64,000 nt of DNA from Pelagomonas calceolata. Taxonomy: Eukaryota. Every line of letters begins with the position of its first letter. Position 1 is the stretch's first letter. The position numbers were made by a program, and so were the translations under genes. Positions 58,499-64,000 of the stretch are shown piece by piece. The stretch is from contig CAKKNE010000005.1 in the NCBI GenBank assembly GCA_918797485.1, positions 4,650,001-4,714,000 on the forward strand, given 5' to 3'. The notes beneath the pieces are model-generated. The model did no database searches. It was not told the DNA's origin and was given only the letters and a program-made list of their open reading frames with translations.

Positions 58499-60950
58499 AT
58501 GGCAGCTGACCAAATCCAAAGGCGCGCCGCCGACGCCGAACAGCTCGCCGCCGACTGGCGCGCCTGCGAGAAGGCGGCCGCAGCGTTTGATGAGGAAACG
58601 AACACGGGCGGCGACGGCGCCGCCGCCGAGGAGAACGCGCTGCGGAACGTCGACGCGAAGCGCGTCGCGGCGCTGGCCGCGCTCGCGGACCGGCCGGCGC
58701 TGGCGGGCCGCGCGGCGGCGGGCGCCATACAGAGGCGGAAGCGGCGCCTCGCCGACCGCGCCGCGGGCCAGATGCTCTTCGCGCTCGCTCTTAGGGAAGA
58801 CGACGACGGCCCGGACGCGGGCGCCGTCGTGCCGGTCTCGCGGCGCCGCGCGCCGTTCTGCTGGCGCAAGCGCGACGTCGCCGCGGCGGCCACGGCGGCG
58901 GCCGCGCTGCGGAGCCTCGCCGGCGACGCGAGCCTCGCGGACGCCTGGGCCAACGCGGTCCTGGCACGTATTTGTGCGCGCAGCGACGCGCGCCACCGCG
59001 CCCGCGGTTCCAAGCAGTGTCCCGAGTCCGCCGTCGCGTCGATGGCGTCTAGCTCTGGTGAATTCGTCTCACGACGTTGGTGGCGACGGGTCGCGTCGAC
59101 TGGCGTGTCTGTGGAGACACACATGAGTACCGACGTAAGTCGCAAAAACACACGCAGAGAGGCACGAAAAAAAACACGAAAAAAAACAACACAGGCAACA
59201 CCGCCACCACAAAAGACGCCTTCGTCGACGTCGCCGCGAGCGCGCGCGACGTGCTCTGCGCGGCGCGCGGCGGCCGCGGCGAGCTCGGCGTCGCCGCGCG
59301 CGTCGCGAGATCTGCCCGGGCGCCGTTCGCGCCCTTCTGCGCGGCGCTGAGCACGAGGCTCGCGGACGAGCTCCGCGACAAGGCCCACGCCTACTGCGCG
59401 GCGGCCGACTACGCCGACGCCGAGGCGCACCAGGAGGAGGCGGACGCCGTGCCCGAGGCTTATCTCGGTGTCGTCCAGTGCCGTGGAAAGAGAGGTGCCT
59501 TCCTGCCGCATCGACGGCGTCGAGAGGCCGCGTCGATGGCGTGACGGCGTCGAGAGGCCGCCTCGATGGCGTGAAGGCGCAAAAACAGAAACACGACGAC
59601 ACAGGCGCCGTCGCGGGCACGGTCCGCCGCTGTTCCAAGCTCCTGGAGTCGCTCGAGGACGAGCTCCACAAACCAAGCGCGGGCCAGGCCACGGACGACG
59701 CGGGCCGGTCCGAGACGGAGGCGTCGGACGGCGACGATGTGGCACTGGACGATACGCCGCCGCGCCACCTGCCCGAGGGCGTCGTCTACCTCCGAGCCGC
59801 GTTCGACGACGTCATCGAGGCCCTGTCGGCGGCGTACGGCGCGCGCGAACGCGACTGGCTCGAGAATGCGTTGGAGCGCGTCGTCAGGCGCCTCCCGGAA
59901 GGCGACGACTACGCGTCGCTGCTCGAGGGCCCGCTCCAGGGCCGCGCGGTCGCCGAGGCGGCGGGCTGCCTCGAGCGGTCCCTGACGCGGTGCCGCCGCG
60001 TCGCCGCGCCGCGGAGGCCGTGCGGCAGGGTGTCCAGGGCCGTCGTCGACGCCGTGCTCGCTGGAAAGAGCGTCCCGGTCGTCGTCGACGATGACGCAGC
60101 CGCGGACCCGGCGAAGGCGCTCGCAGCGACGGCCGACGATTTTGTGAGGGACCGGCTCCTCGCGCCGGCGCTCGACGCGGCGGCAGCCAGCGTCGCCGAA
60201 CGCCAAACCAAGAGGCGGCCGAGCGTCTTCCAGACGGACGACGGCGGCGACGATGGTCCTCCCCCAGCCTTCTACGACGTCGTGCGCGCGGCGCGCGTCG
60301 CGGCGACGTCGTGGCGCGGCCGGCTCGCGGTTTTAGCGCCGCGGCTCGAGGCGTCCGACGCGGCCGCGGCCGCGGCGGCGCGAGCATTAGATGCCGCGGC
60401 GCAGCGCACGGCCGACGGCTTCGGCGAGGCGCTGGGGCGGGCGCGGCAGAGCGGCGACTACGCGATGCGGGACGAGCCGTCCGTGCTCAAGCCGACGAAG
60501 GCCACCGTGGCGTTCCGCGACGCGCTGCTCCGGCGCGCGGCGGCGGCGGACCACGCGTTCGCGGCGCACGACGATTTACTAGCCACGTGGCGCAAGTCGC
60601 TCGCGGCGCACGCGTCGCGCGCCGTCGAGGCGCATTTGACCTCCGTCAAGGTCTCGCGCGCGGGCGCCTTCGTCCTGGCGCGGGACCTCGACGAGATACG
60701 AAAGGCCGCGGCGCCGCTTGGCTCGAACGAGGCCGACGCGCGGCTCGGGAGATTGAGGGAGGGCGTGGGCGTCTTCGAGCTCGACGCGGAGCAGCTCGCC
60801 TACGTCGCTCTCAAACCAGGCGGCGCCTTCGCGTCGTTGCCGCGCGACGAGCTCGTGCGCCGTATCCTGCGCCGCGCGGACGCCTGGAACTTTCGCGGGA
60901 AGCGGGCGAAGTGGGTCGAGGAGCTGGTCGCGAGCCTGGAGGCGAGCTAG
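58499..60950 (+). CDS. alpha-helical protein, possibly a CATCHR vesicle-tethering subunit (COG4/RINT1-like C-terminus); exons 58499-58967, 59195-59467, 59605-60950
   Basis: Two phase-1 GT-AG introns link three ORFs. C-terminus KVSRAGAFVLARDL...LGRLREGVGVFEL...LPRDELVRRILRRAD resembles CATCHR C-terminal bundles. Confidence 0.55.
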
Positions 60951-61244
60951 GTGGCGTCGTCGTTTTGTGGTGTAAGGAGTTGTTGTGAAAGACATTGTTG
61001 TGGAATCATAATGGCTAATCCCGACGTCTAGACAGAACGATTGGCAGGGTTCGGCCCGGCCTGGGCGTGCGGGTGCGGACATGAGCCTTGTTGCCCCCTC
61101 CTGCCTCCTCCGCACGCTAACGAGCAAGCCGAGGCTGTTGGGGACCCGAGGCGGCTGCCCAACAAGGCCCACGAACCACCAGCGCACGCCGAGACTCATC
61201 GCAGGCCCCCGGACAGACGACGTCCACCCGATAGGACAATCACA

Positions 61245-61943
61245 ATGGACCATGGCCCAGTAGTAGATGAAGGTATCACCGAAGACCTACAGAAACTCCA
61301 GTCGCTCCTCGATGACGGCGTGATCACTGAGAGTGAGTTCACGGAGAAGAAGCGCCAGCTCCTAGATCAACCCGCGACGCGTGCGGCGCCGCCGGGCGAG
61401 ACGCCGCCACCCCCCAAGAAGATTAAGGCCGCGCCGCCGGCCGCGCCACCAGCGAACGAGCCGTCGCTCCCGCTGGGTTACTACGAGCTCCGCGACGCGG
61501 GCGACGACGTGGTCGGCTACCTCGTGCTCTCGGTCTGGAAGAGCAGTGGCGGCTTTTTTGGCATGATGACGTTGACGGACGGTGAGTGGGAAGTTGACGA
61601 TTACGACGGGGACTCGAGAACGCTCCTGCCCGTGATCTCTAGTCGGTCGGGATCTCAACGCTGGAGCTTCGCTGACGGCCAGTTCCGCTTTGATCTCGAG
61701 GAGGACGCGTCCTACAGTGGCACGGTGAGCCTGCGCGTCTTCCCCAACTCCGGCAATCTGGCCGTGACCTGGGAGCTCGAGAGCTGCGACTTAGATTATG
61801 ATTGGAGCCACCGCGGCGAGGCGACGGCGCGCCCGACGGCGGCGGGCGCGGCTCGGCAGGCTTTTCGGATGATCAGCGACACCAGATCTGTGCTGACGGG
61901 CACGGCGACGCGGGAGCACTTCGACAAGGGCCCCTGCACCTAG
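61245..61943 (+). CDS. hypothetical protein with N-terminal SHOCT-like domain and beta-rich C-terminal domain
   Basis: EDLQKLQSLLDDGVITESEFTEKKRQLL. The N-terminus is paralogous to 52806-53567. Confidence 0.7.
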   Translation: MDHGPVVDEGITEDLQKLQSLLDDGVITESEFTEKKRQLLDQPATRAAPPGETPPPPKKIKAAPPAAPPANEPSLPLGYYELRDAGDDVVGYLVLSVWKSSGGFFGMMTLTDGEWEVDDYDGDSRTLLPVISSRSGSQRWSFADGQFRFDLEEDASYSGTVSLRVFPNSGNLAVTWELESCDLDYDWSHRGEATARPTAAGAARQAFRMISDTRSVLTGTATREHFDKGPCT

Positions 61944-62035
61944 GCACACGCGCCCGCTCCTTCCTCCCTTCGCCTGCGTAAATCCTCCCCCGAGATAGGA
62001 TAGACGCCATCGACGCGCGAATACGAAAAAACATT

Positions 62036-62755
62036 TTAGTCACAGAACCACACATATAGATCAAGCACGAGCACGTACAGCTTCTCCGCGAAGGGCACGG
62101 CCTCGTCGCGCTCACCGTTCGCATTTGTGCGCGCGCGGTCCGTCGTTTCGACGCCGCCGGCCGCCACGTCCGGGCGCGGCGCCGCGGAGTATACGCGACC
62201 GAGCGCCCGGTCGGACCACGCCTCGCTGACCTGGACTCGGAGCTTATCGCCATCGAGGGCCGCTCGCGCCGCGAGAGCCGCCAGGACTCCAAAGAACTCG
62301 TCTATGAATGCTTCATCGCCCGACTCTACGACCGCCACACTATCCACGACCCAGCACAACACGCGGCCGCCCCTAGACGATCGTTGCGCGCGCAGCAGAC
62401 TCGTGAGGCCGCCGAGCACGCGGGCTGTGCCCGGTGCTCCGCGCCAGCGCCCTGACGCCGCCGAGAGTCGCTCGCGGGCGGCGCGCACGGCGGACCAGGT
62501 CGTCGGCGGCTCGCTCGCCGGCAGCGCGTCGACGCGAGCCGCGAACGCTGCGGCCCGCTTAGCTTGGAGCTCCGCGTGCGCCTGGCGACGCGCCGCGTCC
62601 TTGAGCTGCAGGTACCGATCGCGCGTCGCGGAGTCTTCGCTTGCTTCGAGTTGCTCCACGACCTTTCTCGCGTCGGCGTCGCCGGTGGCGTAGAAACGGA
62701 GGCATGCGGCGTACCACGTTTGCTCGTCGTCTGTGGTTGGTGCTACGGATGCCAT
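62036..62755 (-). CDS. hypothetical protein (239 aa)
   Basis: ATG ORF with plausible composition, divergent from the VSR gene. Confidence 0.55.
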   Translation of the reverse strand: MASVAPTTDDEQTWYAACLRFYATGDADARKVVEQLEASEDSATRDRYLQLKDAARRQAHAELQAKRAAAFAARVDALPASEPPTTWSAVRAARERLSAASGRWRGAPGTARVLGGLTSLLRAQRSSRGGRVLCWVVDSVAVVESGDEAFIDEFFGVLAALAARAALDGDKLRVQVSEAWSDRALGRVYSAAPRPDVAAGGVETTDRARTNANGERDEAVPFAEKLYVLVLDLYVWFCD

Positions 62756-62959
62756 CCTCTTGGTACACGTATTTAGACGCGGTTTGAGGATGCCTCGCGG
62801 CCTCTTTTTGCTGTGCTCAGGTGAGTGAGCTGAGGAGCTCGCGGATGCAAGTTATTGATGCGCAGTTGCACCCTGGACGATCGCTTGATCACTGTGGAGT
62901 TTCTGCGCTCGCTTTCTAGTGCGTTACTGGCTTTTTTGCGGCGGCGGCTGGGCAGCCAG

Positions 62960-62982
62960 GCTAGCGTAATGAAAGACACTAG
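62960..62982 (+). promoter_or_regulatory. bipartite GCTAGC...AAGACACTAG motif
   Basis: GCTAGCGTAATGAAAGACACTAG between the divergent hypothetical and VSR genes. Confidence 0.6.
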
Positions 62983-63163
62983 GAGCAAGCAAACCAAGAC
63001 ACCAAAAACAGCGCAGGAGGAGAGAGTTCCGCTCTGCGCCGGTGCGAGAGGAGCGCGCTTCAGCAGCCGCCCTCACGCCCCTGTCGTCAGCCTGCGGGGA
63101 CGCCGCCGACTTAGCCCAAGCCAGCTGCTCACTCCCAGGGGCTGACCCCAGCGCTTCTTGACC

Positions 63164-64000
63164 ATGATGATGGGCCGCCTTACCGTCGGCGCGCTCCTCG
63201 TCGGCCTCGCCGCCACGGAGAACTCCGTCTTCCAGATCAACGTCCCCGCCTCGCTCCGCAAGCCCGGCGGATATTCGCACAAAGCCTCGCTCTTCGGACG
63301 ACCATCCTACGCGTCGACGACGCAGCGCCTCTACTACGCCGGCGACGGCGGCGGCGACGGCACGCTCTGCACGTTCGACACGACGAAGACCTACCCCACG
63401 CCCTTCATTTTGATGGTGGATAGAGGAGACTGTACCTTCGTGACCAAAGCTAGAAACGCGCAGCAGATGGGCGCCACGGCGCTGGTGGTCGCGGACAACC
63501 TGTGCGTCTGCGGGTCCGCGTGCTCGCCGCAGGCCGGCTGCCAGTACACGGAGCCCGTGCTGGCCGATGATGGGTCCGGCGCGGACATCGTCATTCCCGC
63601 GGTCATGCTCCCGAAGCAGGAGGCCGACGACATCGTCAACTATTTTAGGTGCGGCAAGCTCCCGATCCAGGGCCGGCCCCAGACCTGTGCTTGGAGCCCA
63701 GATTGGTCGCAGGACGCCACGGTCCAGGCGTCTTTGGAGTACACGGTCCCAAATCCCGACGACCGCGTCGAGTGGGAGCTCTGGACGACGTCTATTGATG
63801 GGGCTTCTTTGGATTTCCTGACGGCGTTCAAGGATACGGTGCTCCAGCTGGGCACGCACCAGCACTTCGCGCCGATGATGTACACGTATAACGGCTCGCA
63901 GTACGGCTGCGACGTCAAGCAGACGGGGTCGGACATGTGCGGGAATTTATGTACGAATGGGGGGTTATATTGTGCGCCGGATCCCGACGGGAGCCAGGAC
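63164..64000 (+). CDS. vacuolar sorting receptor (VSR/BP-80 family, PA domain), 5' part; runs off the right edge
   Basis: My translation (absent from the ORF track): signal MMMGRLTVGALLVGLAA, ASLFGRPSY, FILMVDRGDCTFVTKARNAQQMGATALVVADN, PVLADDGSGADIVIP, PNPDDRVEWELW, LCTNGGLYCAPDPDG. Confidence 0.9.
   Translation, partial: MMMGRLTVGALLVGLAATENSVFQINVPASLRKPGGYSHKASLFGRPSYASTTQRLYYAGDGGGDGTLCTFDTTKTYPTPFILMVDRGDCTFVTKARNAQQMGATALVVADNLCVCGSACSPQAGCQYTEPVLADDGSGADIVIPAVMLPKQEADDIVNYFRCGKLPIQGRPQTCAWSPDWSQDATVQASLEYTVPNPDDRVEWELWTTSIDGASLDFLTAFKDTVLQLGTHQHFAPMMYTYNGSQYGCDVKQTGSDMCGNLCTNGGLYCAPDPDGSQD

Noticed and set aside
1..64000. tRNA, rRNA or snRNA genes and operon-like functional clustering
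   Set aside because: I recognised no RNA gene signatures by eye (an Rfam/tRNAscan run is needed), and neighbouring genes are functionally unrelated.

Overview
This is gene-dense, GC-rich eukaryotic nuclear DNA, not prokaryotic. It has spliceosomal introns, V-ATPase c, EMG1, Pol kappa, a HECT ligase and a vacuolar sorting receptor. The introner-type introns and gene set suggest a pelagophyte stramenopile such as Pelagomonas or Aureococcus (inference). I count about 34 protein-coding genes, mostly in divergent/convergent pairs with very short 3' gaps. No rRNA, tRNA, CRISPR array or transposase was recognised. Main points of interest: (1) a single-pass receptor-like protein joining an extracellular FG-GAP beta-propeller to a cytoplasmic RelA/SpoT-synthetase-like domain; (2) a single-pass receptor-like protein joining DUF285 surface repeats to a cytoplasmic HECT E3 ligase; (3) a family of TIR/8-bp-TSD introner elements that splice out exactly, plus decayed relatives, with a shared CGCCATCGACGCG motif in most introns; (4) a bipartite GCTAGC-N-AAGACACTAG motif found 8 times, always in 5' intergenic DNA; (5) several unusual domain fusions (J-domain+bulb lectin, ABCG+PCP_red, NCKX+PH, split CS domain with a Ubl insert, a 2100-aa mosaic protein, N-terminal SHOCT paralogues). 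All domain calls are by-eye motif recognition and need HMM or structure confirmation.
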